The notes beneath the pieces were generated by a model, which did no database searches, was not told the DNA's origin, and worked only from the letters and a program-made list of their open reading frames with translations. DNA of 64,000 nucleotides from Octopus vulgaris. Its lineage: Eukaryota. The stretch covers positions 38,068,001 to 38,132,000 of the forward strand of contig OX597833.1 of assembly GCA_951406725.2 (NCBI GenBank). Reading direction: 5' to 3'. The position numbers were made by a program, and so were the translations under genes. Positions 24,935 through 38,060 of the stretch are shown here, piece by piece. Each line of letters starts with the position of its first letter. The stretch's first letter is position 1.

Positions 24935-25105
24935 AGACGTGGTCGTTCGATTTGCTAGAAACAGTAGCCAAATCTCCCTCGAATTACATCCGAACGTCTT
25001 GTAAAAGACATTAATAATGCAGTCCCACGTACCCCGCCAAAAAAAAATGGGATGATCATGGCAGAGCTCTCTCCTTGGTTAAGAATTTTATAGGGCTAAA
25101 CAAGA
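24935..25105 (+). repeat. Old dispersed repeat (SINE/LINE-tail-like, AAC-rich end); copies near 7330, 7960, 26600, 27325, 34830, 35580, 39420, 52030, 60000
   Basis: Recurrent gctagaaatagcagccaaatctccctcaaatcaca…ggatggtcatggctggaa motif. Confidence 0.65.
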
Positions 25106-27784
25106 GCAGTAGATGAACTTTACATAAAACAAAATACAATAGATCCAAGTGATTGCAAAAGTTCGTATCATCTTTAGTACTTGCAAACGAACAAAGGGAA
25201 TCTGTAAGCTATCGCTTCATCTGCTGGAAATAACAGTCACATATCCCTCAAATCACATCCTATCATTTAAAAAATAGTATGGAAGGACATATTGAACAAT
25301 GAAGTACAAAATATACTCAAAACTTAACTGGTCAAGACTGGTACATTTTTGAATCATAGAGTTGCTTGATGAAGAATCTTCTACGGTTACGCAACTACAA
25401 CAATTATGATTACTGTTCTTATGGGGAATATTGGGGATGTGGAGCACTAGTTTTGCTTTTTTGCGATGTAGTATAGCTGAAAAATTAATTAACAATGTCC
25501 CTTATTGCCACTACTGTAATAAAGGTGAGATACTTTAAATAACTTTTTTAAAACACACACGCGCACACACATAAATCTGAAATATTCACTGTTCTCCTCA
25601 TAGTTTCGTGTTGTTACTTTGTATGTATGTATATGTATGTGTGTGTGTGTGCAATTCATATGTCTGTGTGTTGGTGTACTTAAACTTTATTTGTACCAAC
25701 CTGTTGTTAAATTTCGTTTCACAGCTATTGCCACAGGGCGATCTAAACTCCTGGTGTCCATGACGTTTTAGTCTCTGTTTCTGTATTCTGTAGTTTACTA
25801 CTTCCACCGCACAACTCTGTAAGTTGGAAGTTGAATGAGTAATAAGATATATAAACAACAGTGAGTGAGAAGAGAGTAATGGGAGGGAAGAGGGGGTGGA
25901 GAAGTAAAAGAAGACTGAAAAACAATTGCGGTAACTTAACTAAAACTAAGGGAGGGAATCGAGAAGTATGCTTTTGTCTGTAAGTTATTTCCCTTGCAAT
26001 TTTTTTTCTTTTTCTTTACATTTCCCCAGACCCTAACGATTTTGATTTCGTTGACATCGGACCATCCCTTCAGATGTCGGTAAAATAAAATACCTGTGAA
26101 ATATTGAGACAATTTATATTCCTATAACGTATACTAAATGCGAATGGAATTATAATAGAAAACAAAATATGCAGAGATGGCGAACCGACGAGGAAGCGTC
26201 TATGCCGTCTCTCGACTTCCAAAATAATTATGAAAATCATATACAGCTCCTCACTCTTTAAAAGAAGAGGGATAATTTTATCTTTCTGTTGAACCACGGG
26301 TCCCGTAAATGTAATTATACGTACGACATGTTTCCGAGCAGCTTATTCTACCAAATTTCTTCACAAGGTATTGGTTAATGCGAAAGTTTGGAAGAAAACA
26401 TTTGCTGAAAGTTGCAGCATTGTAGGATGCAACGTGATTGTGAAGCGGGGTTTTAACTACGCAGCTGTATGTGATCCTGATATAGTTGGTCTGAATAAAA
26501 GATAAAACAGTTCTAGATCTGTCTGATCATGGCTAACGTGGAGCTCTAATCAGCGAACTAAATTGAGATGGTGAGCGAACGAGCTGACAATCGACGCGTT
26601 TAGTCGACCTGCTAGAAATAGCAAGTGGATCTCTTACTGAAATCAGTCTTTTAAAAGAAAGGACACATTGCAAACTATATTCCTGCGTAGACTGTCTACG
26701 TTGGGGGATTGAGGACGAGTTGGTTACGGTTGGAACAGCTTTGATTTTAGATCTTCTCTAACAGGGTGGCCTGAAGCTAAAGAACACCTTAATGAAGACT
26801 GTATTATTTGATTTCTTATCTTATATAAACTTTTTTCTTTTTGCCATCTCTAACAGGATGAGTTGATTCCAAATTCTTGCTAATCAAACATAACAAAACA
26901 AGTATACGTAAAGAAATGGGTGTTGCTATTTAATGGTTGAATGATTAAGACGAAAGTACTTCAGTGGGAACGTTCGCTGGATAAATACGTATGTTGTAGA
27001 GTCTTTCACACACACACACACACACACACAGACGGACAGACAGAATGGGTTGAATCTTTAACTTAAGTTATTTATATAATCAGTAATAAAAAATTCCCTC
27101 CAAGAGTATTTAAGTTCTAAAAATAAACAAGAAAGACAACTCTAATACAATCGACTAATTGAGATTTTTGGTTTATAAAGCTGATGCAGGTAGGAGTGAA
27201 TCTAACCTGTTTCCACTAATTTACTTTAAGATAAGGTCTACTTCCATTTGCATTGTCTTTCTTCCATTTCTATATCACACTAACGAATATAAGAGAAAAG
27301 CCAAAGAGAGAACTTCTTCATAGCTATTTGACTGACTAGAAATAGTAGCCAAATTTCATTCAGATCAAATCCTTCTGCCTTTAGGAAATAGATTGAACTA
27401 TGTAGTCCTAGATATACAAGAAAGACAGGATGGTCATAGGTGGAACAACTTTGATCATAGGCCTTCTTGAGTAGGACTCACCTAGAGCCAAAAGAACAAC
27501 AGCACAGAGTCAGGGAGAGACACATACATAAGCAGAGAATAATAGACACACATACACAAAGAGAGAGAGAAACACATACAGAGTGGGAAATATACTCATA
27601 CAGGGATAGCAACACATCACAGAGAAGGAGAAATGCACATAGAGAGAAAAGATGCACAGAGAAAGAAAAGCTCTCTGAGAAGTATTTTGCCAACTTTCTA
27701 CTGCCAGTGGCTTTTGTGACTGAAGTCATATGAATGAATAATCTCATAATGAAACATCTCTGCAAATTTCTATTTACTGTTTGT

Positions 27785-28317
27785 GGTTCCTCACAGACAA
27801 AGAACAAAGGTATAAGATTTTCTGAGCAGGGAACACTGACGGGGTCGGGGGCATGGGTATGCTTCTTGTGGAGAAATGGGTTGATAAGGTAATCAAGGTA
27901 GTCAGGGTATGCCACAGAATACTTCAGATTAGATTAGTGCTGCATCATGGGTTGGCAAACATTATCTCGGCCTATGCCCCTCAGCCAGGGCTACTCGATG
28001 GACAGAAAGACCGATTTTATGACACCCTCTTGCAGACTACCTTGTCAACAAATGACAGGGACCTTCTCTTTGTGGCTGGTAACTTCAATGGGCATATTGG
28101 ACAACACAGGGCTTCCATGGCATACATGGAGGCTATGGTTTTGGTACCGCAATGAGGAGGGAACTAGGCTGCTGGAGTTCTGTGATGCAAATGATCTTAC
28201 GGTTTGTAATACTGACTTCGGGAAACCTGCCAGTCACCTTTTCACTTACCAATCTGGTAGACACACTAGTCAAATTGATTACATCCTCGCCAGGAAATGG
28301 GAAAGATGGCTACTTAT
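27785..28317 (+). mobile_element. APE-endonuclease fragment of the PHD-in-RT LINE family
   Basis: EKWVDKV…ISAYAPQ…VAGNFNGHIG…SQIDYIL; aligns to about 61514-62053. Confidence 0.9.
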
Positions 28318-29377
28318 GAGTATGAGTCAGAGTGGCTGTTCCATTGCATCCCCCTTGCCATCCCCTGGGGCAATGCATTTTCCATTTTATCTGTTGAGAC
28401 CATAAAGTGGAATGTATGAGGAGTTGTATAAGTTTATTGTTCATGTAGTAAGCTATGAAATTCCTATATTCTCTCAATTTCCTGTAATTCAGACCACTTT
28501 ATGGTCTCAACAGACAAAATGGAAAATGGTCGCAGTCAAATGACTGAAACAAGTAAAAGAGAAAAAGAGATCATGAGGTCAATAAGTTATCAATGAATCC
28601 ATGAACTTATCAATGGCATAAGATGCTTGCCAATCCTTGATATACACAAACATAAACGAGAAAAGTGTGATTTGAGATATTTGGCTGCTTTTTCTAATGT
28701 GCATCATCTACCCTATAATAGTCTTGCTTATTGGTTCTGGCATATATATATATATATATATATACATATATAAAATAGTAGGGTGTGTGAGGAAGATGTG
28801 GTTATTTCTTACAGGCCTAGCTATCATAGGCATCCTCTTGTTAGCATATACATATATTTTATATGTACATAAAACAGTAGGTATAATTTAAAGGAAATTT
28901 GACTGTTATTTGTAGCAGGTTAGCTAGCACATAGGTCTATCATAAGCTCATACATGCAAACACACATAGATATATAATGTATATGTGTGTATGCAAGGGT
29001 TATACTAAAAGTAATGCAAAAGCAGGAATAACTTTAGATGGAATGTATGAGGGGTTGTATAAGTTTATTGTTCATGTAGTAAGCTATGAAATTCCTACAT
29101 TCTCTCAATTTCCTGTAATTCAGACTACTTTATGGTCTCAACAGACAAAATGGAAAATGCATTGCCCCAGGGGATGCAATGGAACAGTCACTCTGACTCA
29201 TACTAATAAGGCTCACACTTGTAGATAAACATCTCCACCCCCACCCCCAATAGCAGTGAGTAGGGATATGGTCTGGGAGCTGAGAACACCAGAGGTCTCC
29301 ACTGACACAGGCTCAACCATAATCCTGTCAGAGAGCTCAAATTGCCCATGGCAGAGTAACTCTTCTGCAGAAAGGTA

Positions 29378-30349
29378 CTATTCAAGATAGTCTCCATCAC
29401 AAGCAATACATTTGTGCCATCCTTGAACCTAGCTCTCATATTCCCTAAGAAAAAATTCAGGTGGACATTGTTATACTCAATTCTTCACAGTCACTCTCAC
29501 CTTATCTTTATTGTCAAACCATTATTCTCAAAGACTGTTCTTCATTGGACCAAACAGATGGATGTCAGAGGAATCTAGAGCCAGACTATATAGTGGATAG
29601 TGAACCACTGACCAGCCCAAACTGTCAAGTTGTGATGTCATTCCATGCATTGAGCCTTTGTTTCTAGATCATAAACATATACTCATGTTTCATCCACTGT
29701 TACAAAAATTTTTTTTTTTAAATGTGTCTTCATTGGTTTTAGACATTCTCAGTAGCTCAGAGAAAACTCCCACACTTCTTCAAATCAAGTGTCAACAGCC
29801 AAAATACCCATTTTGAACATACTTTCTAATACCATCATCATCATCTGTAATGCATCATGGCCACAATCTAGCTGTGCAGAAACCACATGGATTACAACTT
29901 GTCAGTTCATGTGAATCAGTTCATCTACTCATTGGAAATTTGTGGCACGTAAAAAACACCAACCGATTATGACTGTTGCCAGCCTCCCCTGGCACATAAA
30001 AAGCACTCACTACACTCACGGAGTGGTTGGCATTAGGAAGGGCATCCAGCAATAGAAACACTGCCAGATCAGACTGGAGCCTGGTGCAGCCTCCTGGCTT
30101 CCCAGACCCCGGTCGAACTGTCCAGCCCATGCTAGCATGGAAAACAGACATTAAACGATGATGATTACTGTTGACGGTCTCTCACTGTGTGCTTTGTCTT
30201 TAATTGTTTCTTGTTTTTTCAAATACTTCATCTATCTGTACACATTACTCTTGATTATGGTGTCATCTCTGTAAATTTCTATGGATGTCAGACAGCTCCT
30301 TCTTCATTAAGAACTCAGTGATGATATATTGTTTCTGATTGGAACCCAT
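29378..30349 (-). pseudogene. Decayed mariner transposase, interrupted by a LINE 3' end at about 29945-30165
   Basis: MGSNQKQYIITEFL…IKDKAHSERPST; FVTVDET*VYVYDLETK; GPMKNSL; WHKCIACDGDYLE*. Confidence 0.8.
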
Positions 30350-30554
30350 TGCTTGGAAGAAGAACAGGAATAACAGTTACTATAGAGAAATGGTTCTCAG
30401 CCGAAGTCTAAATGGTATCTGAGGGTCTGTATAAGATTTTGTGGAATCCACACAACAAAATACTAAATTAGGAATCCAAAATAGTTTTCTTCCCCACTGA
30501 AAAAAATTTTGCTTTTGATGTATGTATTGGTATGTATTGCAAGAAATGGATCTG

Positions 30555-30646
30555 TACAGTAGGCCAGAGTGTTGGTGTGAGTCAATAGCTCAGTCATTGT
30601 TACAGTAGGCCAGAGTGTTGGTGTGAGTCAATAGCTCAGTCATTGT
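30555..30646. repeat. Perfect 46-bp tandem duplication
   Basis: tacagtaggccagagtgttggtgtgagtcaatagctcagtcattgt x2. Confidence 0.97.
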
Positions 30647-33081
30647 TCAGTGATGTATTAACACATTAGTGGCAGCAGTTTTTATGTGGGACTGATTATG
30701 ATGGTGTTAGGTTAAAACTGAGGCTGGATGATCAATATGGGTCGGGTTATAGTCTATACAAGTGACAGGGGTTGAATACTCTGCCATTGTCAGCTGCTGG
30801 TGGCTTGAAGTTCATTAACAAGGTATACCTCTTGTGGTAACAATAAGATAGTTCATTTTTTCCTGTTGATGGATACCACTGGTTGATGGGAGGATGTGTA
30901 GTCTCTCACAGAATCAGAGTTAGTACTTGCAAATTCAATGTGAGTAAAGAGGATCGCTGTCAATGATACTCCTTTTGATGTTGGAGAAGTCAAATTGATT
31001 GTAGTATCTTCAGATGACATAGGACAGGGAGATGAAAATTTCCCTATCCCTGCACCTGAAGGAATGCATATGCTGTGTATACCTTCTCTTAAAATTATTA
31101 AATGTCATGCTTATTTAGTGTTTTTTGATACCATTGTATGGTGTGATGGTGGAGCTATAAACTACAGCCTTTGAGAGGCAGGATCCTTCCAATTGGTAGG
31201 ATTTCATTAATTACAGGTTGATTTCTTTCAGTTTCTATCCATCAGATCCATTCACAAAGTCTTGGTGAACCTGGGATTTGGTGGGTTTTAGTGGTAGATA
31301 CTTCCCTAAGATTCCACAAAGTGGGACTAAACCTGAAGTCATGTGTACATATACATGTGTCTATATGCAAAATTAAATTCTGCATCTTTACATGAAACTA
31401 TTAGAGTGAAAGAGTGATGTTATGTCAATATTACCTTACCAACAACACCCTTACTATAACATTTAAATGTTTTTCACTGAGGAAGGCTTTTTTGTGTTTT
31501 GCTTTGTTTGTTTCTTTTTCTTTTCTTTTTTTTTTTGGGGGGTTTGGATGGAATTAACATTTGTTGTGCAGTAGAATAATTAATTATTCCACAATGCATC
31601 CAATCTATTTCCTACCACCACCACCCAACAGCCAAAGGTTGTTTATTGTCAGAAATGGAGACAAACACCTTCATACTTAGAATTCCTGATTCATCAATTA
31701 TATAACATATTATTTCCTTTTTCTTTCTGTTTAGTAATATAGTTCACAGTTTTCTTTTCTTTTCGTCCTTACTAAGCAAATCTACTAATTTTAATGAACT
31801 TTCCCTGTGAAAAGCATTTAAATGTTAATAAATGCGTCCAGTTTGGTGGTCAAAAGTATCTCTGTTTCTAACTTTTGTTTATATAGGCAAAAATGAATAA
31901 AGAGATTTTGCTAACAATGGCCCTAGTAGCTCTATTAACTGAACAACAGAGATTGCCTTGTGTAATTGAAAATTATTGTGATAGTAGGGTTGGGGGAGTT
32001 TAAAATTGATGGCCATTGTGTAATGATTACTAATTTTAGTGTAAAAAGCTATTACATGACAAAAGGAAAACAACATTCATTCATGTCCTCAGTATTGTTT
32101 CTAGGCTTGTTTGTTGTTCTTGTTGTTGTTGTTGTTGAATTTCACTCTTGTTGAATCCACTTTGTTATTGCTTACAACTTGCCAAAAACAAAAACATCAA
32201 AATAATAAATTTGAGTGTATGCATGATATATGTATAATGCATATGTTATGGTTGAGATTAATTTGTAAACAATAATATGGATTGTTGGAGTCATCACCAG
32301 TTTGTAAGGATTGGTTCTTTTCTGATTGCCATTATGTAGAGATGAAGGAACAGTGATTGAAGTTGTAAAGAAAATATTTATTTACCGTTACATTGCGTAT
32401 ATCCAAAACCACAACAGGTTGGAATGTATAACTAGTAAATGGAAAAGCATGCGAACCAAAAAGAGTTAATTTTGGCTGGTATGTGTGTACACATTCTCGT
32501 AGTAGTAATCCACAGATAGAGATAGAATGATATTGTAAGAGAAAAGAAATTGAGCTAATGAAAGTTATAGAGTCAAGGGAAGTTGTGTCTCATTGCTGGC
32601 TGATTATAACTTTCTTTCTGCTGCTTCTGGCCATGACTAGTTATCCATTCACTAACTGATGGTTCCTCTCACTAACTCGGGTTCTCACAAATTGATTTTG
32701 GCTTGGGGGTTCTTGTTTTTATAACTATCCAGAAGGATAGACATAGCATTAAGAACAATAGATTTCATTGGAAGTCTGTGATATCTCTATTCTAGCTATT
32801 GGTGAAATAGAAGAGGTTAGAATGGTCTCTAGACCTGCCCACCACAACAGAATTGTGAGCCTTAAACCAAGGTACTACATAAAATGTCCTGGTGTGGCTA
32901 CTGGTGCCACATAAAAGCACCAAGTATGCTCTGTAGAGTGGTTGGCATTAGGATGGGCATCCAGCCATAGAAACCAAACAGACTATGGAATCTGGTGCAG
33001 CCTCTGACCTTGCCTGGTTCCTATCAAGTTATCCAACCCATGCCAGCATGGAAAATGGATGATCACACACACACGCACACA

Positions 33082-33116
<35 letters not shown>

Positions 33117-34380
33117 ACACGTGTAAGTAAGTAGGCATACACTATACACACATAATTATGCATAAACTTGATGTCTTTCTGTAACTTGTGATACCAAATT
33201 CCATTCACAAAATATTGAACAAACCTAGGAATACGAGTAGAAAATATTTACCCAAGGTACCACACAGCAGGATTGAATCTAGAATGACAGGCTGTGAAGA
33301 AAATTCTCTTTAGAACACTGCTTTGCTTGCAGGTATGTGGATGCATGTATGTATGTATGTATGTATGTATGTATGCATGTATGCATGTATGTATGTATGT
33401 GTGTGTAATGTGTATGTGTCTGTGTGTGAGTGGACAAATCTCAAACAACAACAAAAAAAGAAGAAAAATGAAGAAACAGAAATACCAAGCAAATCATAAA
33501 GTTTTATCTTATCTTAGAAACCAACTGGCAAACATAAGTCTAAATTCTACTAAATTAGCAATTGTAGCCATGATAAAACCATAAATAGGAATACAGTACT
33601 GAGTCTGAATACTACTGCCCTGCCATCTATTAGTAATTTATTTTAATGTGGAATAGCTTTCACCATCAATCAGCATCAGTGAAGTAAATTGTAGGAAGGA
33701 TGATATAGGTTTGTTTTGGAAGGTGGAAGTGAGGTGGGGAAAAGGCTAAGTGTTTGTGGTTTAGTGAGTTGGTGGAGAGAAGAGGTTAATGGGATGGAGG
33801 TGAAGATAGTAGGAAGGAAGAACCAGGGAGCAGTGCGGGTGAGGAGGGATTGGAAGAAGAGAAGAATGAGGAGAGAAAGAAGGAAGAGAGCACATGGGCA
33901 TTGAAGAATGATGATGATGGCGGTGGTGGTGGTGGTGGTGGTGGTGGTAGTAGTGGTGGTGGTGGTGGTAACAATCCTTTCTAATTTTGGCACAAGGCCA
34001 GCAGTTTTGAGGAAAGGGGATTGTCAATTACACTGATCCCAGTACTTGATGATACTTTATTTTATCGATCCCAAAAGGATGAAGGCAAGGTTGCCCTCAG
34101 TAGAATTTGAGCTAAGAACATAATGAGTAAAAAGAAATGCCACAAAGCATTTTGCCCAGTATGCTAGTGATTCTGCCAGCTTGTCAATAATCCTTTCAGT
34201 TATAGGTACAAGGCCGCGAAATCTTGAGGAAAGGGTATGTCAGTTACATTGACTCCAGTACCTTATTGGTTCTTATTTTAATCAACCCTGAAAGGATGAA
34301 TGGCAAACTCGAACTCAGAATGTAATGAGTTGAAAGAAATACCACTAATCCTTTTGTCAAATGCTTTAACAATTCTGCCA

Positions 34381-34417
<37 letters not shown>

Positions 34418-35792
34418 TGGAAAGAGAGGGCCTGAGAGAGCCAGTTAAAAGAGGTGCCAATAAAAGCAAGAGAACTTTGGGAAGTGAGTAAGTATAGAAA
34501 TAGATTCGTTACAAGTGTTATTGGCAAAATAGCAGAGAATGAATGCCTATGAATTTTACTGTTTCACAAAACTCACATATCATTCTTTGTTTAACGATTC
34601 TTCAGCCAATTTATTCTAGACTTATTTTTAAATTGGATTTTTCTTTTTGACTTTTAGTGAATTTATTTCTTTGATTTCAGTGCTAGTACTTCTCTATTCG
34701 TTGTAACAGTGTGCTAACCATTACATTGCTTGATAATCAATGAATACAAGGTACAGCGAAACAGATATAAAATATAGCCAATCACACAACCAGAATCTTT
34801 ATAAGATACTAAGGAAATCTCTACATATCTGGTTACTTGGCCAGTAAGAAAATGCAACCAAATAATTCTCAAATCACACCCAACTATCTTTAGCCCTTTA
34901 GCATTTAAACTGGCCGTATCAGGCCTAAATAGTCTGCCAGTTTTATGTTAAAACTGGCCAGATGTGGCCTCTCACACCTATCCTACGATGTCAGTCTGAT
35001 AATAAGCAATCACATCATGAAAATCTTTTAGCTACAAGTTAATGCATGGTAAATTCAAAATATCCCTTTCTTCTATAGGCACAAGGCCTGAAATTTGGGG
35101 TAGAGGACTAGTCAATTACATTGACTCCAGTGCTCAACTGGTACTTATTTTATCAACTCCGAAAGGATGAAAAGCAAAGTTGACCTCAGTGGAATTTGAA
35201 CTCAGAACAGAAGACAAACAAAATACCAGCATGCTAATAATTCTGCCAGCTTGCCACCTTATTTAAAATACTGTTACTAAATAAGCTTTACATTTGAGAG
35301 AGTAATCCAAATATTAAAGGGTTAAAAAAACAGAGGTATACATTAAATAATGTAATCCATGATAGACTGTTTCCCCAATATAAAAAGGCAGCATGGTTAT
35401 GGTGAGAATGCCTCTGACCATAGGCCTGCATGAACAAGGCTAAGCTGGAACCAAACAGTAGCAAGCAACCTCATCAGGTAATATACTTAAAGGGCTCTGG
35501 CCAGACTGAAAACAATTTCACTAGAATGTTGTTCTACTTTGACCATCATTCGTCTAGTTACTAATACGTGTTGCTGTTCTTTTACTCCCAAAGTTGGTTC
35601 TGATCAAAAAGATCTATGATCAAAATACTCCTGCCAGAATTATCCCATTTTACTTTCATATAATTTATCTCAATTTAAGGCAGTTAAGTGTATTTGGTGG
35701 GAAATTGGCTGCTATTTCAACCAGGTTAAGTGGCCACATTGATACACATACACAATAACCAGTCACACAAAACACTTTAGTTTGTATTATAA

Positions 35793-35961
35793 GTTGTTGT
35801 TGTTGTTGTTTTTGCTGGTGTTGCTGCTGCTGCCGCCACTGCTGCTGCTGTTGATGATGATGATGGATGGTGATGGTGATGATGATGATGGTGATGGTGA
35901 TGATGATGATGATGATGATGACGACGACGATGACGATGATGATGACAATGATGACGATGAT
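35793..35961. repeat. Compound trinucleotide tract (GTT)(GCT)(GAT/GGT/GAC)
   Basis: Directly visible; explains the homopolymer ORFs here. Confidence 0.95.
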
Positions 35962-36063
35962 ATTGCTATTGCACAATTTGCCCTTGGCAATGAAAAAGTT
36001 TCTCACACTTAATATCAAGGGCTCCCCACCACCCATTGCCTGGGTTACTATTTTATTGTTTCA

Positions 36064-38060
36064 GACACCCTCCTGCTGACTACCTCATCAATGAATGACA
36101 GAGACATTCTCTTTGTAGCTGGTGACTTCAAAGGGTAGTTTCCATGGTGTACATGGTGGCTATAGACTTGGTTCCCACAATGAGGAAGCAACCAGGCTGC
36201 TGGAGTCGTGTGATGCAAATGATCTTATGATCTGTAATACTCACTTCAGGAAACCTGCCAATCACCTGTTCACCTACCAGTCTGGTAGACACACAAGTCA
36301 AATTGACCATATTCTCACCAGAGAACAGGAAAGATGTCTACTTATAAATGTCCAAACTTTCTCAAATGAAGAATGCACCCCACAACATCAGTTAGTTGTT
36401 AACAACTTCAGGATCAGGGCTAAATGGATGCCCAGAAGACAACCAGCATGGAAAAGAAGGGTCTGGAAGCTTAAGGATCCTTTGAATGGACAGAGATTTA
36501 GAGACATATTACTTGAATCTTTTGATGAAAAAGAGGAGTATATAGCATCACATAATGTGGAGGACAACTGGAGGTTCCTGTGGGACAACCTGTTGAGGGC
36601 TACTGACCAGATCTGTGGCTGGTGCAAAGTCCCCTCTCAATCTAAGATAACGTGGTGGCGGAACAATGTAGTTGACAGAACCATTAGGGAAAAGAAACAG
36701 GCACGGAAGGACTGGAAGTGTGGTGGTAGCAGGGTATTGTATCAGATTGCCAGAAGGGAAGCTAGGAGACAGGTTTACTTAGCCAGAGGAGAAGCAGATA
36801 AGAAAAAATTTGACTATGTTCTGCGTCGTGAAGACCAGTGACTTGAAGTATTTCATATTGCAAGACAATGTGTGAGAGAGAATCATGATATTATAGGAGA
36901 GAAATGTCTGCATGGATGATGGTTCATTTGCATTTAATGAAAGGTTTCTGAATGAAGAGAATGAATGGGAGAAAAAGAGTCTGCCAAATGTTGACCCATC
37001 AGAGGGACCAGCTATCTGAATTGACAGTATCTTGGTAGATAAAGCAATTAGGGCTATGAAGACAGGGAAAGCCCCCAGTCCATCAGGAGTTACTGCAGAG
37101 ATGCTCCTCTGGGAGCGCCTCTATACTGATGACCTTGCTCTAATAGCTGAGTCACTACCAGAACTAGAGAAGTTTCAGGTGTGGAACCAAGGTCCAGAAT
37201 TGAAGGGCCTTAGAGTCAATCTAACAAAAAAAAAAAGCAAAGTCTTTGTAAGTAGGAAGGCAGACAAATCACAAATCCCTTCAGTTAGATGGCCTCACTT
37301 GATCTGCAGAAAAGGCGTACATAGAAATTCCATAAGATGTACCCACTGTACACTATGAACACATTAGAGGTGCAGCAATATCAAAGGAAGATTAACTGGG
37401 AAGATAGTTTTTGTATGTGGCAGATGCACAGGGACAATAAACACCAAAGATGTACAGAAAACAGATTCCATCACATGCCAAGGGGAAAAACTAGAAGTAG
37501 TCGATAGCTTTCATTACCAAGGTGACCAAGTCAGTAGCAGGGGTGGATACTCTGAGTGTAGCTGCTAGAATAAGAATAACCTGAGCAAAGTTCAGAAAGC
37601 TCCTACCTCTGCTGGTAACAAAGGGCCTCTCACTCAGAGTGAAAGGTAGACTGTATGATGCATGTGTGCGAACAGCTATGTTGCACAGCAGTGAAACGTG
37701 GGCAGTGTCTGCTGAGGACATGCGTAGGCTTGAGAGAAATGAAGTTAGTATGCTCCACTGGATATGTAATGTGAGTGTGCATGGTCGATACAGTGCCGCC
37801 TGACTGGCTCCCATGCTGGTGACACGTGGAAAGCTCCATTTGAGTGTGGTTGATGCCAGTGCTGCCTAACTGGCTCCCATGCTGGTGGCATATAAAAAGC
37901 ACCATTCAAGTGTGGTTGTTGCCAATGCGCCTGACTGGCCCCCATGTCGGTGGCATGTAAAAAGCACCCACTACACTCAGAGTGGTAAACATTAGGAAGG
38001 GCATCCAGCTGTAGAAACCTAGCCAAAACAGATTGGAGCCTGGTGCAGTCTCATTCTCTA
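36064..38060 (+). mobile_element. Internally deleted copy of the PHD-in-RT LINE family
   Basis: Colinear with about 61750-64000 except about 0.6 kb of RT missing at 37106; PHD remnant 37290-37428; 3' UTR sub-repeats 37800-38050. Confidence 0.92.

Noticed and set aside
30555-30646. CRISPR-like or array interpretation of short direct repeats (also 23398-23443, 58832-58876 and the 60-nt LINE units)
   Set aside because: Two-copy tandem duplications or LINE UTR units without unique spacers; eukaryotic context with no cas genes.
30900-31175. About 75-codon open stretch (NDTPFDVGEVKLIVVSSDD…)
   Set aside because: No convincing splice sites or homology that I recognise; may be decayed TE.
35665-36079. 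Poly-Q/D/S/M proteins, and poly-P/H/T at 33676-34027
   Set aside because: Trinucleotide tracts open in several frames, with no splice signals or flanking coding context.
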